64,000 bases of DNA from Planctomycetota bacterium (GTDB lineage Bacteria > Planctomycetota > UBA1135 > UBA2386): positions 3,200,001 to 3,264,000 of the forward strand of contig JBKAGP010000001.1 of the NCBI GenBank assembly GCA_046290465.1. The letters run 5' to 3'. This document shows positions 1 through 9,850 of this stretch, piece after piece (the stretch's first letter is position 1; the number at the start of each line of letters is the position of its first letter). Both the position numbers and the translations under genes were made by a program. The notes under the pieces are model-generated. The model saw only the letters and a program-made list of their open reading frames with translations, was not told the origin of the DNA and did no database searches.

Positions 1-477
1 CGGCGGCCGCGCGGTCGGTAGCACCACCGCGCGGCGCCCCGACCCGTCGTCGTCGAGCACCCAAGGAGTCAGCGGATTGTGTCCGCTGATGCCGCGGCTG
101 CGCGACGTGCCGGCACGCCAGCCCCTGTCGACGTTGTGGTGCACGCGCACGCTCTCCTTGCCGGTGCCGTGTTCGGACGCGACGTAGTCGAGCGCGCCGT
201 CGCCGTCGACGTCGACGAAGCAGCCGCCGCGGTGCTCGAGGTTGGAGATCACCGCGACCAGGCGCAGCTCGGAGCCCGACTCGGCCAGTGCCGCGACGAC
301 CTTCTCGGCGTCGGCGACGGTGCGCTTGGACGCGTAGAGAAGATCCCGAGCCAGGGTCTGGTCAGCCAGATCTTGGTCAGCCAGATCTTGGTCAGGTCGG
401 GTCTGGTCAGGCTGGTCCTGCGCGTGTGCGGTGGGCAGCACGCAGGCCGCGAAGATCAGGGCGCGGAGGGCATGCAC
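1..477 (-). CDS. Secreted protein with FG-GAP-like Ca-binding motif; partial, runs off the window start
   Basis: Manual translation: (M)HALRALIFAACVLPTAHA-QDQPDQ... signal peptide, QDLAD repeats, FVDVDGDGALDYV motif; open to position 1. Alternative start ATG 483. Confidence 0.6.
   Translation of the reverse strand, partial: MHALRALIFAACVLPTAHAQDQPDQTRPDQDLADQDLADQTLARDLLYASKRTVADAEKVVAALAESGSELRLVAVISNLEHRGGCFVDVDGDGALDYVASEHGTGKESVRVHHNVDRGWRAGTSRSRGISGHNPLTPWVLDDDGSGRRAVVLPTARPP
352..418 (-). repeat. 15-nt-period tandem repeat encoding QDLAD-like pentapeptides
   Basis: cagatcttggtcagc-type units repeated about four times. Confidence 0.7.
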
Positions 478-565
478 GGGCATCAAACTACCACTCTGAC
501 CGCCGAACGGGCGCGGCGTCAGGTCCGATGGGAATACCTCCGACGTCCGCAGCGTCCGAGCGGCC

Positions 566-994
566 ATGAGAGTCACCCTGAGTCTGGCCTCGCTGGCCAT
601 GGCCGCGCTGGCGTGCACCGCCGCGCGAACGAATCCCGCCGAAGGTCTGGTCGGCATGGAGCTGGCCGTCCTGCGCGAACGCCTCGGGCCGCCGGTGGAG
701 TTCCGGGCCGGCAGCGGCACGATGCAGCTCGGCTACGCGACCGCGAGCGGCGAGGTGTTCGAGGACGCCGTGCTGGTGATCGGCGACAAGGTCGTGCAGG
801 CCCGCGACGACCTGGTGCCCAACCCCGCCGCCGGGCTGGCCGACGAACTGACGCTGATGCCGGTGCAGCACGCCGTCGAACGGCTCGGCCCGATCCGACG
901 GGTGCTGCACGGCAGGCTGTCGACGAAGCTGCGCTTCGACGGATGGACCGCGACGGTCGTCGACGACCTCGTGATCGGCCTGGCAAAGTCCTGA
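566..994 (+). CDS. Hypothetical lipoprotein
   Basis: Hydrophobic N-terminus with ALAC lipobox; two internal LGP-containing half-repeats. Confidence 0.6.
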   Translation: MRVTLSLASLAMAALACTAARTNPAEGLVGMELAVLRERLGPPVEFRAGSGTMQLGYATASGEVFEDAVLVIGDKVVQARDDLVPNPAAGLADELTLMPVQHAVERLGPIRRVLHGRLSTKLRFDGWTATVVDDLVIGLAKS

Positions 995-1033
995 TCGTCG
1001 CGGCAGAGCGAGCGCGTATGCTCGCCGCCGCCG

Positions 1034-2182
1034 ATGTTCGACCGCTTCTCCGAGAACGCCAAGAAGGCGATGACGCTGGCGCGCGGCGCGGCAGTCCGGA
1101 AGCGCAGCGGTTGCCTCGACGCCGAACACGTGCTGATCGGCCTGCTCGAACTCGAGGGCAGCAACGCGCGTCGCGTGCTCGAGGACCTCGACGTCGACGT
1201 CGCGTCGCTGCACGAGGCGCTCGAGACGCTGCTGCCGGCCGGCACCCACACCGACGACGGCCCGCTGCCGTTCACGCCGACGATCAAGAACGTGCTGCAG
1301 CTGGCGATGGCCGACGCGGCGCGCCGCCGCCACAACCACATCGGCAGCCAGCACGTGCTGATGGGCATCGTGCGCGACGCCGACAACGACGCCGCCCGCA
1401 TCCTCGCACGCGTCGGCGCCGACGAACCGACCCTCGACCGAGCCATGACCGATTCCGTCCCGATGTCCGAACGTTCTCGCCTGCAGCTGCTGCTGATCAG
1501 CAACTCGACGATGCACGGCGGTGGCTACCTCGAGCACTGCAAGGCCGAGATCGAGCAGTTCCTGGGTGCACGCAAGAAGGTGCTGTTCGTGCCGTTCGCC
1601 CTGCACGACCACGACGGCTACGCCGAGAAGGCGCGGCGATCGTTCACCGCGATGGGCCACGAGCTGGTCTCGGTGCACACCTACGACGACAAGGTCAAGG
1701 CGCTCGACGACGGCGACGCGGTGTTCATCGGCGGCGGCAATACGTTCCGCCTGCTGAGCGCGCTGCACCACCACGGTCTGCTCGACGCGATCCGCAGGCG
1801 CGCGCTCGCCGGCATGCCCTACATGGGCAGCAGCGCCGGCACCAACGTCGCGACGCTGTCGATCCGCACCACCAACGACATGCCGATCGTGCAGCCGCCG
1901 TCGTTCGCCGCGCTGCAGCTGGTGCCGTTCCAGATCAACCCGCACTACCTCGATCCCGACCCGGGCAGCTCGCACATGGGCGAGACCCGCGAGGAGCGCA
2001 TCCTGCAGTTCCACGAAGAGCACGACGTGCCGGTGCTCGGCCTGCGCGAGGGCTGCATGCTGCGGGTCGACGGCGCCGCGATGACGCTGCGCGGCACGAC
2101 CGGAGCTCGGCTGTTCCGGCGCGGGACGCCGCCCGAGGAGTTCACGCCGCCGTGCGACCTGTCGTTGCTGCTCGAAGACTGA
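1034..2182 (+). CDS. pepE: Clp N-terminal (Clp R) domain fused to alpha-aspartyl dipeptidase PepE (peptidase S51)
   Basis: N-terminus MFDRFSENAKKAMTLAR...EHVLIGLL...LPFTP...HIGSQHVLMGI (ClpC-like double repeat); C-terminus LLLISNST, GGGNTFRLL, GSSAG (nucleophile Ser), TTNDMPIV, QINPHY, GETREERI. Confidence 0.85.
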   Translation: MFDRFSENAKKAMTLARGAAVRKRSGCLDAEHVLIGLLELEGSNARRVLEDLDVDVASLHEALETLLPAGTHTDDGPLPFTPTIKNVLQLAMADAARRRHNHIGSQHVLMGIVRDADNDAARILARVGADEPTLDRAMTDSVPMSERSRLQLLLISNSTMHGGGYLEHCKAEIEQFLGARKKVLFVPFALHDHDGYAEKARRSFTAMGHELVSVHTYDDKVKALDDGDAVFIGGGNTFRLLSALHHHGLLDAIRRRALAGMPYMGSSAGTNVATLSIRTTNDMPIVQPPSFAALQLVPFQINPHYLDPDPGSSHMGETREERILQFHEEHDVPVLGLREGCMLRVDGAAMTLRGTTGARLFRRGTPPEEFTPPCDLSLLLED

Positions 2183-2209
2183 CCACCCCCACCCGACGAG
2201 ACCTCCACC

Positions 2210-3853
2210 ATGCGAACCCGAATCCACGTCACGCTGGCCACGCTGGCGCTCCTGTGCGCCTGCGGCGGCGCCGAACCCAAGGTCACGACCGGCGACCACG
2301 ATCCGCAACAGGCCGAACAGCTGATCACCGAGCAGGTCCTGCGTGAGCACGTCACCTACCTGAGCAGCGACGAGCTCGAGGGCCGCGGGGTCGGCACCGA
2401 CGGCGACCGCAAGGCCCGCAAGTACATCGCCGACGAGCTGAAGAAGGTCGGCTGCGTGCCCGGAGCGGCCGACGGCAGCTGGGAGCAGCCGGTGCCGATC
2501 CTCGGCATCCAGTCCAACGTCACCACGCCGCTGAAGGCGACCGGCAAGGACGGCGAGGCCTCGTTCGAGGCGCCGATCGACTACACCGCGGTCGCCGGCA
2601 GCCCCGACGCGAGCGCGGCCTGGCAAGGCGCCGAACTGGTGTTCGTCGGCTACGGCATCGATGCGCCCGAGCAGGACTGGGACGACTACGGCGACGTCGA
2701 CGTCGCGGGCAAGGTGCTGCTGGTCATGAACAACGACCCGGCCGACGACCCCGAGCGCTTCGCCGGCAAGACCCGGCTCTACTACGGCCGCTGGAGCTAC
2801 AAGTACGAGGAGGCTGCGCGGCGCGGCGCGATCGGCTGCATCGTGATCCACACCAACCCGTCGGCGGGCTACCCGTTCCAGGTGATCCAGGCGAGCCACG
2901 GGCGTGAGAACTTCTGGCTGCCGTTTCCCGACGGCACGCCGACGCTCGCGGTGCGTTCGTGGTGCTCCGAGGACGCCGCCCGCAAGATGTGCCAGCTCGG
3001 CGGCCACGACCTCGACCAGCTGCGCGCCCGCGCCGAACGCGGCAACCAGCCGCCGGTGCCGCTCGGCGTCAAGGTCGACCTGGCGATCGAGAACGAGGTG
3101 CGCGAGATGCAGTCGGCGAACGTGCTCGGGGTGCTGCCGGGCACCGACGCGGACAAGCGCGACGAGTACGTCGTGCTGACCGCGCACTTCGACCACCTCG
3201 GCGTCGGCAAGCCGCGCGGCGACGACGCGATCTACAACGGCGCCGTCGACAACGCATCCGGCTGTGCGGGCCTGCTGGCGCTGGCGCGCGCCGCCGCCTC
3301 GCTGAAGGAGCGGCGACGCAGCATGCTGTTCCTGGCGGTCACCGCCGAGGAGTCGGGCCTGCTCGGCTCGAAGTTCTATGCGCAGAACCCGACCGTCGAT
3401 CGCAAGAAGCTGGTCGCCAACGTCAACGTCGACGGCCTCAACGTCTGGGGCGAGACCAAGGACATCGAGTTCGTCGGCTACGGCAAGAACAGCCTCAGCG
3501 ACGTCGCCGCCGAGATCGCCGAGGCGCGCGGCCGTTCGATCAAGCCCGACAGCCACCCGGACCGCGGCTACTTCTACCGCAGCGACCACTTCAACTTCGC
3601 GCGCATCGGCGTGCCGGCGGCCTACTTCAAGGCCGGCTCCGAGTTCCTCGATCGCCCGGCCGACCGCAAGCGCATGAAGGCCAGCTACACGACCGTGCAC
3701 TACCACCAGCCGACCGACGAACTGGCCAAGTGGTGGAACTTCAAGGGCGCCGTAGGCGACATGCAGGTGCTGTTCCAGCTGCTGGTCCGGACGGCGAACG
3801 ACGAGGGTGTCCCAAGCTGGTCGCCGGGCGACGAGTTCGAGAAGCTCCGTTAG
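2210..3853 (+). CDS. M28 family metallopeptidase with PA domain, lipoprotein
   Basis: Lipobox LCAC; LSSDELEGRG, VFVGYGI, AHFDHLG, NGAVDNASG, AEESGLLGS, RSDHFNF, YHQPTD. Confidence 0.9.
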   Translation: MRTRIHVTLATLALLCACGGAEPKVTTGDHDPQQAEQLITEQVLREHVTYLSSDELEGRGVGTDGDRKARKYIADELKKVGCVPGAADGSWEQPVPILGIQSNVTTPLKATGKDGEASFEAPIDYTAVAGSPDASAAWQGAELVFVGYGIDAPEQDWDDYGDVDVAGKVLLVMNNDPADDPERFAGKTRLYYGRWSYKYEEAARRGAIGCIVIHTNPSAGYPFQVIQASHGRENFWLPFPDGTPTLAVRSWCSEDAARKMCQLGGHDLDQLRARAERGNQPPVPLGVKVDLAIENEVREMQSANVLGVLPGTDADKRDEYVVLTAHFDHLGVGKPRGDDAIYNGAVDNASGCAGLLALARAAASLKERRRSMLFLAVTAEESGLLGSKFYAQNPTVDRKKLVANVNVDGLNVWGETKDIEFVGYGKNSLSDVAAEIAEARGRSIKPDSHPDRGYFYRSDHFNFARIGVPAAYFKAGSEFLDRPADRKRMKASYTTVHYHQPTDELAKWWNFKGAVGDMQVLFQLLVRTANDEGVPSWSPGDEFEKLR

Positions 3854-3891
3854 GTTTGCGTGGGTCTCGTCCTTTCCCTCGGAGATCCACC

Positions 3892-5058
3892 ATGCAACGA
3901 ACCACCCTCCTCGCGCTGTCGAGCAGCGCGCTCACTGCGCTGTGCTCGGCGCAGACCGCCAGCTTCACCGCCACCGAACTGGCGCCGCTCGTCTTCCAGT
4001 TCACGGACACGTCCACAGGCGGCACGCCGACCGCGTGGGCCTGGGACTTCGACGGCGACGGCAACCCCGACGACACCAACCAGAACCCGGTCTGGGTGTT
4101 CCAGGAAGGCGGCGGCTACCCGGTCACGCTGACCGTGACGTTCGCGTCGTCGACCGCGACGACAACGCAGGAGGTGTTCCCCAACGCGATCACGCTGCCG
4201 CCGTTCGGCAGCACGTTCTCGTCGGGCGCGCTGACCCGCGGCTACTGGTTCCAGACGCCGGAGCGGTTCTCGATCATCAGCCTGCAGGTACCGGACGAGT
4301 CGGCACACGGCACGCAGAACGTCGCGGTGTATCGGATGTCTAGCCCGCCGCCGGTCTTCTCCGCCAACGCCACCGGCGGCCTCGAGTTCTTCGAGGCCGG
4401 CACGCCGTCGAACGTCAAGATCCCGTGCGTCGTCAGCTACGACGTCGGGGAATACGTCGGCGTGCTCGGCGCCTGCGGCGACGCCACCACGATGCGCAAT
4501 TCGTATTGCAACGCGACCCAGGCGCAGCCCGGCGAACTGCTCGGCGTGCCGATCCAGCTGTCGCGCTTCCTGACGCAGACCAACATCGTCACCAACAACG
4601 GCATGGGCGCCTACTCGACCGAGGTCAACGGCTACGTGACGCGGATCTACACCGAGGTCACGCCGTGCGTCGGCATCCCCTACGGCGACGGCAGCCCGAG
4701 CTCGCAGGCGCCGGCCCCGGTACTCTCGACCACGGCCCTGCCGTTCCTCGGCCAGACGGCCGAGTTGACCGTCGAGAACAGTGACACCGCGGCGCTCGGC
4801 ATCGTGGCGGTCGGCATCGGCCGCGCCAACGTGCCGTCGCCGCTCGGGACCGTGCTGATCGGCAGCATCGACGGCTCGGTCGCGCTCAACAACGGCGCGC
4901 TGATGAACCCCGGCAGCTACACGTTCCAGTGGGCCATCCCGAACAACCCCGCGCTGCAGGGCTTCGGCCCGGTCAACTGGCAGGCGGCCAGCCTGGTCAC
5001 CGGCACCGGCGAGTTCGCGCTGTCCAACGGCAACGAGTGGTGGCTGTCGGCGCAGTAG
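3892..5058 (+). CDS. Secreted PKD-domain protein, paralog 1
   Basis: GGAG RBS at 3881; signal peptide; PKD motif FTDTSTGGTPTAWAWDFDGDG...YPVTLTV; C-terminal beta domain ending ALSNGNEWW. Confidence 0.8.
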   Translation: MQRTTLLALSSSALTALCSAQTASFTATELAPLVFQFTDTSTGGTPTAWAWDFDGDGNPDDTNQNPVWVFQEGGGYPVTLTVTFASSTATTTQEVFPNAITLPPFGSTFSSGALTRGYWFQTPERFSIISLQVPDESAHGTQNVAVYRMSSPPPVFSANATGGLEFFEAGTPSNVKIPCVVSYDVGEYVGVLGACGDATTMRNSYCNATQAQPGELLGVPIQLSRFLTQTNIVTNNGMGAYSTEVNGYVTRIYTEVTPCVGIPYGDGSPSSQAPAPVLSTTALPFLGQTAELTVENSDTAALGIVAVGIGRANVPSPLGTVLIGSIDGSVALNNGALMNPGSYTFQWAIPNNPALQGFGPVNWQAASLVTGTGEFALSNGNEWWLSAQ

Positions 5059-5083
5059 CGCCGTCGACCTGAAGAGCCCGCCC

Positions 5084-6277
5084 ATGCCCCGCCTGCTGCC
5101 CTGCCCGCGGCCCCGCCTGCTGGCCCACCCGCTGCCGCCCGTGACCGCGTGCCTGCTGCTCTGCGCAGCGGGCGTCGCCCAGACCGCCAGCTTCACCTAC
5201 CAGGAACTGGCGCAGCACGTCTACCAGTTCACCGACACCTCGTCGGGCGCGACCGCGACCGCGTGGGCGTGGGACTTCGACGACGACGGCATCGCCGACG
5301 ACACCAACCAGAACCCGGTCTGGGCGTTCCCCGGTGCCGGGGTCTATCCAGTGACGCTGACGACGACGTTCGGCGCGACGACCGCGAGCGTCACCGAGAC
5401 GCTGTTCGTCGACCACATCCAGATGTCGCCGTTCACCAACACCTACACGTCGTCGAGCCAGACGCGCGGCTACTGGTTCCAGGCGCCGCTGCGGTTCTCG
5501 ATCGTCGCGCTGTCGGTGCCCGACGAGAGCCAGCACGGCCTGCAGAACGTCGCCGTCTACCGCATGGACGGCGCACCGCCGATCTACACCGCGAGCACGA
5601 CCGGCGGGCTGGCGTTCTTCGAGGCGGGCGTGCAGACCGGCTCGCAGATCCCGTGCGTGATCAGCTTCGATGCCGGCGAATACGTCGGCGTGCTCGGCGC
5701 GTGCGGCGACGCGACCACGATGCGCAACTCGTATGGCGCACCGCTCAACGCCGACATCCTCGGCGTGCAGGCCCAACTGACCCGCTTCCTCACCCAGACC
5801 AACATCGTCAGCAACGGCGGCACCGGCCCCTACTCGCAGACGACCGGTGGTCCGATCGCGCGGGTCTACGCACAGGTGACGCCGTGTGCGGGCATCCCGT
5901 ACGGCGACGGCAGCCCGAGTTCGCAGGCGGCGGCGCCGCGACTGGCGACCACGGCGCTGCCGTTCCTTGGCCAGACCGGCGAGCTGACCGTCGACAACTT
6001 CGAACCGGGCGTGCTCGGCATCCTGGCGGTCGGCATCGGCCGCGCCAACGCGCCGTCACCGATCGGCACCGTGCTGCTCGCCACCGTCGACGGCTCGGTC
6101 ACGCTCAACAACGGCGCACCGATGAACGCCGGCAGCTACACCTTCCAGTGGCCGATCCCGAACAACCCCGCGCTGCAGGGCTTCGGCCCGGTCAACTGGC
6201 AGGCCCTGACGCTCAACCCGACCTCGGGCGAGTTCGCGCTGTCCAACGGCAACGAGTGGTGGCTCTCGACCCCGTAG
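5084..6277 (+). CDS. Secreted PKD-domain protein, paralog 2 (tandem duplicate)
   Basis: Collinear with paralog 1 (AQTASFT, AWAWDFD, RGYWFQ, GVLGACGDATTMRNSY, RFLTQTNIV, NNPALQGFGPVNWQA); start codon uncertain. Confidence 0.8.
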   Translation: MPRLLPCPRPRLLAHPLPPVTACLLLCAAGVAQTASFTYQELAQHVYQFTDTSSGATATAWAWDFDDDGIADDTNQNPVWAFPGAGVYPVTLTTTFGATTASVTETLFVDHIQMSPFTNTYTSSSQTRGYWFQAPLRFSIVALSVPDESQHGLQNVAVYRMDGAPPIYTASTTGGLAFFEAGVQTGSQIPCVISFDAGEYVGVLGACGDATTMRNSYGAPLNADILGVQAQLTRFLTQTNIVSNGGTGPYSQTTGGPIARVYAQVTPCAGIPYGDGSPSSQAAAPRLATTALPFLGQTGELTVDNFEPGVLGILAVGIGRANAPSPIGTVLLATVDGSVTLNNGAPMNAGSYTFQWPIPNNPALQGFGPVNWQALTLNPTSGEFALSNGNEWWLSTP

Positions 6278-6337
6278 GTCGAAGACCGCTCGGGGCCCCC
6301 GGCCGGCTTCGAAACCGGGCCGAGAGCCACCCCCCGA

Positions 6338-7234
6338 TCAGCGGCGCCGGCGCGGCTTCGCGTAGGCCTCGAGGTCCTCGGCGACGCGCCGGATCTCGGC
6401 CTCGGTGACCAGGTCACCCTTGGTGCGACGCAGCATCTCGACGAACCAGGCGCACTCCCATTCGCTGACGGGGCCGCCGATGTTCTTGCCGTCGTTCTTG
6501 TCGCCGGTCTGCGCGTTGGAGCTGAGCAGCTCCTTGCCGTCGGGACCGACGATCACCGACCAGGGCAGGCCGCCGCTGCGCTTGCCCTTGTAGCGTTCGT
6601 TGATCTCCTTGCCGTGCAGATCGCGGTCGACGTCGATCATCACGTCGATCCAGCCACGCTGGTAGATCGGCCCCGTCACCTCTCGCCCGAGGAACTCCTC
6701 GAGCACCTTGCACCAGCCTCACCAGGGGGCGTCGAAGCGGATCAGGATGTTGCGACCGGTCTTGCGGGCAAGCTTCTTGGCGGCTGCGAGCTTCTTCTCG
6801 GCGTCGACCGGCGCACAGAAGTGCGGCTTGACGGCCGCGAGCAGCGCCTTGCCGTCGACCTTGCCTTCGTCGAGGAACACGTCGGACGACAGCGTCGCCA
6901 TCGTCTTGCCGGCGGCGTCCTGCACGACCAGCGACGGGCGCTGCACGCCCTTCCAGAGTTCGGAGTTGAGCGAGACGACCTCGAACTCGTAGAGGAACGT
7001 GCGCGAGATGCTGCGCTCCCGCTTGATCAGCTTCTCGAGGTCCTTGCCGTCCTCGGGCAGGACGACGAGCACGCGCTTGTTGTGCATCGCAGCACGCGCG
7101 CGCGCCTTGCGAAGCTCGGCAGTCAGCGTCGGCTGCGTCTGCTGCGTCTGCTTCTGCGGGGTCTCCGACTCCTGTGCCGGCGCGACCGCCCCGAGGGCGA
7201 GCACCAGCGCGAACGGATACAGTCTGTGTTTCAT
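6338..7234 (-). CDS. Exported thioredoxin-fold selenoprotein (UxxC), in-frame UGA at 6719-6721
   Basis: ATG 7234 with GGAGG RBS; signal peptide; reads ...ILIRFDAPW-TGA-GWCKVLEEFL... in frame into ORF 6338-6706; GGLPW cis-Pro motif; SECIS-like hairpin. Confidence 0.85.
6685..6704 (-). promoter_or_regulatory. Candidate bacterial SECIS
   Basis: GCUCGAGG-AGUU-CCUCGGGC hairpin; loop starts 22 nt after UGA. Confidence 0.65.
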
Positions 7235-7272
7235 GGCTACCTCCTGCGGTGCCATGAGCATACCCGTCGCGG

Positions 7273-9102
7273 TCAGGCGATCGGCAGTTCGAGCACGAAG
7301 CAGGCACCACCGCCCGGGCCGTCCTGCAGATACAGCTCGCCGCCGAGGTCGCGGGCCAGGCCGCGCGCCAGCGGCAGCCCGAGGCCGACGCCGGGCACGT
7401 CGTTGCTGCCGCCGCGCACCGCGCCGCGATCGAACGGCACGAACACCGCTTCGCGATGCTCCGCGGCCACGCCCGGGCCGTGGTCGCAGGTCGTGAACGA
7501 GACTTGCCCGTCGCGCACGTCGATCGACAGGTGCACCGTCTTGTCGTGCGCACCGCTTGCGTACTTCGCCGCGTTGTCGGCGAGGTTGAACAGGATCTGG
7601 CCGACCGCCTCCTCGTCGGTCTCGAGCACCGCCGGCCTGGCGTCGTCCTCGAAACGCACGTCGAGCATCATGCCGACCTCGCCGAGGCGCCGGCCGATCA
7701 CCGGCACGACCCGATCGACGACCGCGTTGACGGCGACACGTTCGCGCCGCCCGGTGAAGCGGCCCTCCTCGAGGCGCGACCACGCCAGCACGTTCTCGAC
7801 GACGCGCGCGAGGCGGTCGGACTCGCGCTGCAGCGTGGTCAGGTATTCGCGCTGCGCGTCGGGGTCCTTGACGACGCCGTCGGCGAGCATCTCGCTGTAC
7901 ATCCGGAACGTCGTCAGCGGTGTGCGCAACTCGTGCGTCACCGCCGACGCGAAGCGCGCCCGCCGTTCGCCGAAGCCGATTGCGGTGCGCAGCGTGAATC
8001 CGAGCACGCACAGGCCGAGCAGCGTCACGCCCCACGTCGTCCACAGGATCGCGTTGATCGGCAGCTCCGCTTCCATCACCGGCCCGCGGAACTCGGCCTC
8101 GAGCCGCGCCGGCACCGAGGCGAGCATCGACGGCTGCTCGGCGGCGCTCGGCTCCTCGCAGCGCACGATGCGGGCGCAGCCGTGCTCGAACAGATCGGTC
8201 ACCAGCGCCAGCAATTCGCTCTCGAGGCGCGGCCAGTCGACCAACACGGCCTGCATGCGCGCGGCGCCACCGCTGACGACGCGCCGCGCGAACACCAGTT
8301 CGGCGCCCCCGCCGTCGAGCCAGACCGGCACCATCGGCCCGACCGCGTCGTCCTCCTTGCCGAGGTAGCCGCCCGGATTGCCGTAGTTGGCGACGTCGTT
8401 GGCGATGTTGTTGCGGAACGCACGCTGACGGTTGTCGAGCTCGTTGACGCTCTGCATCGTCTGCGCCTGCGACGCCAACTGGGCGCGCGGCCGCGGCGAC
8501 TCCGGCGTCTCGACCTGCTCGACCGGCGCCGGCGCCTGTTCGATCCCGGCGACATTGCCGCCGAGCTTGGGCAGCTCGAGGATCGCACACGAGAGCTTGC
8601 TGCTCAGGTCTTCGACCGGCAGCGAGCCCTGCAGCTCCAACAGCTTCTTGCGGGCGCGGTCGAGCACGTCGCCGGAGATGCCGTTGGCCTCGGCGAAGTC
8701 GCGTTCGTTGCCGGTCGGGCTCTGCGGGCTGCAGAGGCCCTGCGAGGTCACCTCGAAGTGCAGCGGGAACAGCTCCGACTCGGCGCCGAGCAGCGGCGAC
8801 TGCACCAACACCTGGTTCGGCGCGATCTTGTTGAAGCCGCTGGTCCACGCATTGGAGGTCCGCGGGAACGGGTCGTAGTCGGTCGCCGGGCGCAGCGATT
8901 CGCGCACCAGCTGCGGTGCCAGCCAGCTGTCCATGCGCCACAGCGCCAGCCGCAGCCGCTCCTGCCGCGCCGCCTCGCGGCGCGCGTCGCGTTCGTCGAG
9001 GTCGAGCTGCAGCAGCGTGACCGTCAGCCACGACAACACCGCCAGCATCACCGCGGTGACGCCGACGAACCACCACAGCGCAGCGCCGCGAGGGGAGCTC
9101 AA
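7273..9102 (-). CDS. Membrane sensor histidine kinase
   Basis: TTG start overlapping the regulator stop; two TM segments; H box THELRTPLT, N box NLADNAAKY, DHGPG, GLGLGL. Confidence 0.9.
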   Translation of the reverse strand: MSSPRGAALWWFVGVTAVMLAVLSWLTVTLLQLDLDERDARREAARQERLRLALWRMDSWLAPQLVRESLRPATDYDPFPRTSNAWTSGFNKIAPNQVLVQSPLLGAESELFPLHFEVTSQGLCSPQSPTGNERDFAEANGISGDVLDRARKKLLELQGSLPVEDLSSKLSCAILELPKLGGNVAGIEQAPAPVEQVETPESPRPRAQLASQAQTMQSVNELDNRQRAFRNNIANDVANYGNPGGYLGKEDDAVGPMVPVWLDGGGAELVFARRVVSGGAARMQAVLVDWPRLESELLALVTDLFEHGCARIVRCEEPSAAEQPSMLASVPARLEAEFRGPVMEAELPINAILWTTWGVTLLGLCVLGFTLRTAIGFGERRARFASAVTHELRTPLTTFRMYSEMLADGVVKDPDAQREYLTTLQRESDRLARVVENVLAWSRLEEGRFTGRRERVAVNAVVDRVVPVIGRRLGEVGMMLDVRFEDDARPAVLETDEEAVGQILFNLADNAAKYASGAHDKTVHLSIDVRDGQVSFTTCDHGPGVAAEHREAVFVPFDRGAVRGGSNDVPGVGLGLPLARGLARDLGGELYLQDGPGGGACFVLELPIA

Positions 9103-9803
9103 ACGGCCTCCCCCTGCGCCAGCATGTAGCCCTTGCCGCGAACCGTCAGCACGACCTGCGGCGCATCGGATGGATCGGCGAGCTTGCCGCGCAGGTTGAC
9201 GATGTGCATGTCGACAGCACGCGTCGACGAGTCCCCGCCGGGCGGCAGCCCCCAGACGCGCTCGAGGATCTCGCTGCGTGCGATCGCGCGACCGCGGTTC
9301 TGCACCAGGTAGCGCAGCAGTTCGGCCTCGCGCTCGGACAGCTGCACGCGGCTCTGGTCGGGACGCTCGATCTCGCGCCGCTCGAAGTCGATCGCGCGGC
9401 CGGCGACCTCGACGCGACCGACGTCCGACGGCCGCTCGGCGCTGCGGCGCAGCACCGCTTCGACGCGCGCCAGCAGTTCCTTGGACGAGAACGGCTTGAC
9501 CACGTAGTCGTCGGCGCCGGTCTTGAGCCCGTGCACGCGGTCCTGCTCGGCGCCGCGAGCCGTGACCAGGATCACCGGCAGCTGCGGCCGCGCCCGGCGC
9601 ACCTCGGCGAGGATCTCGAAGCCGTCGCGGCCGGGCAGCATCACGTCGAGCACGATCAGGTCGAGCTCGGCACCCAGCGCGGTCTGCATGCCGTCGTCCC
9701 CGTCCTCGCACGCGAGCACGGTGTAGCCGGCAAACTGCAACGCATCGACCAGCCCGCGACGGATCGCGGGGTCGTCTTCCACGACGAGGACGGTCTTCGA
9801 CAT
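9099..9803 (-). CDS. OmpR/PhoB-family response regulator
   Basis: VLVVEDD, LDVMLPGRDG, GADDYVVKPF, TRAVDMHIVNLRGKL, TVRGKGY. Confidence 0.95.
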   Translation of the reverse strand: MSKTVLVVEDDPAIRRGLVDALQFAGYTVLACEDGDDGMQTALGAELDLIVLDVMLPGRDGFEILAEVRRARPQLPVILVTARGAEQDRVHGLKTGADDYVVKPFSSKELLARVEAVLRRSAERPSDVGRVEVAGRAIDFERREIERPDQSRVQLSEREAELLRYLVQNRGRAIARSEILERVWGLPPGGDSSTRAVDMHIVNLRGKLADPSDAPQVVLTVRGKGYMLAQGEAV

Positions 9804-9850
9804 GAGCGGTCAGTCTACGTGGTTGTGGTTCGGGGCGGGGCGGGCGGCCA

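Noticed and set aside
566..3853. Three consecutive genes in the same frame separated only by TGA (992-994, 2180-2182), suggesting a readthrough polyprotein
   Set aside because: Neither TGA sits in a Cys motif or has a convincing SECIS. Each downstream gene has a natural N-terminus (MFDRF; lipoprotein signal). Stop-free spacers are common at high GC.
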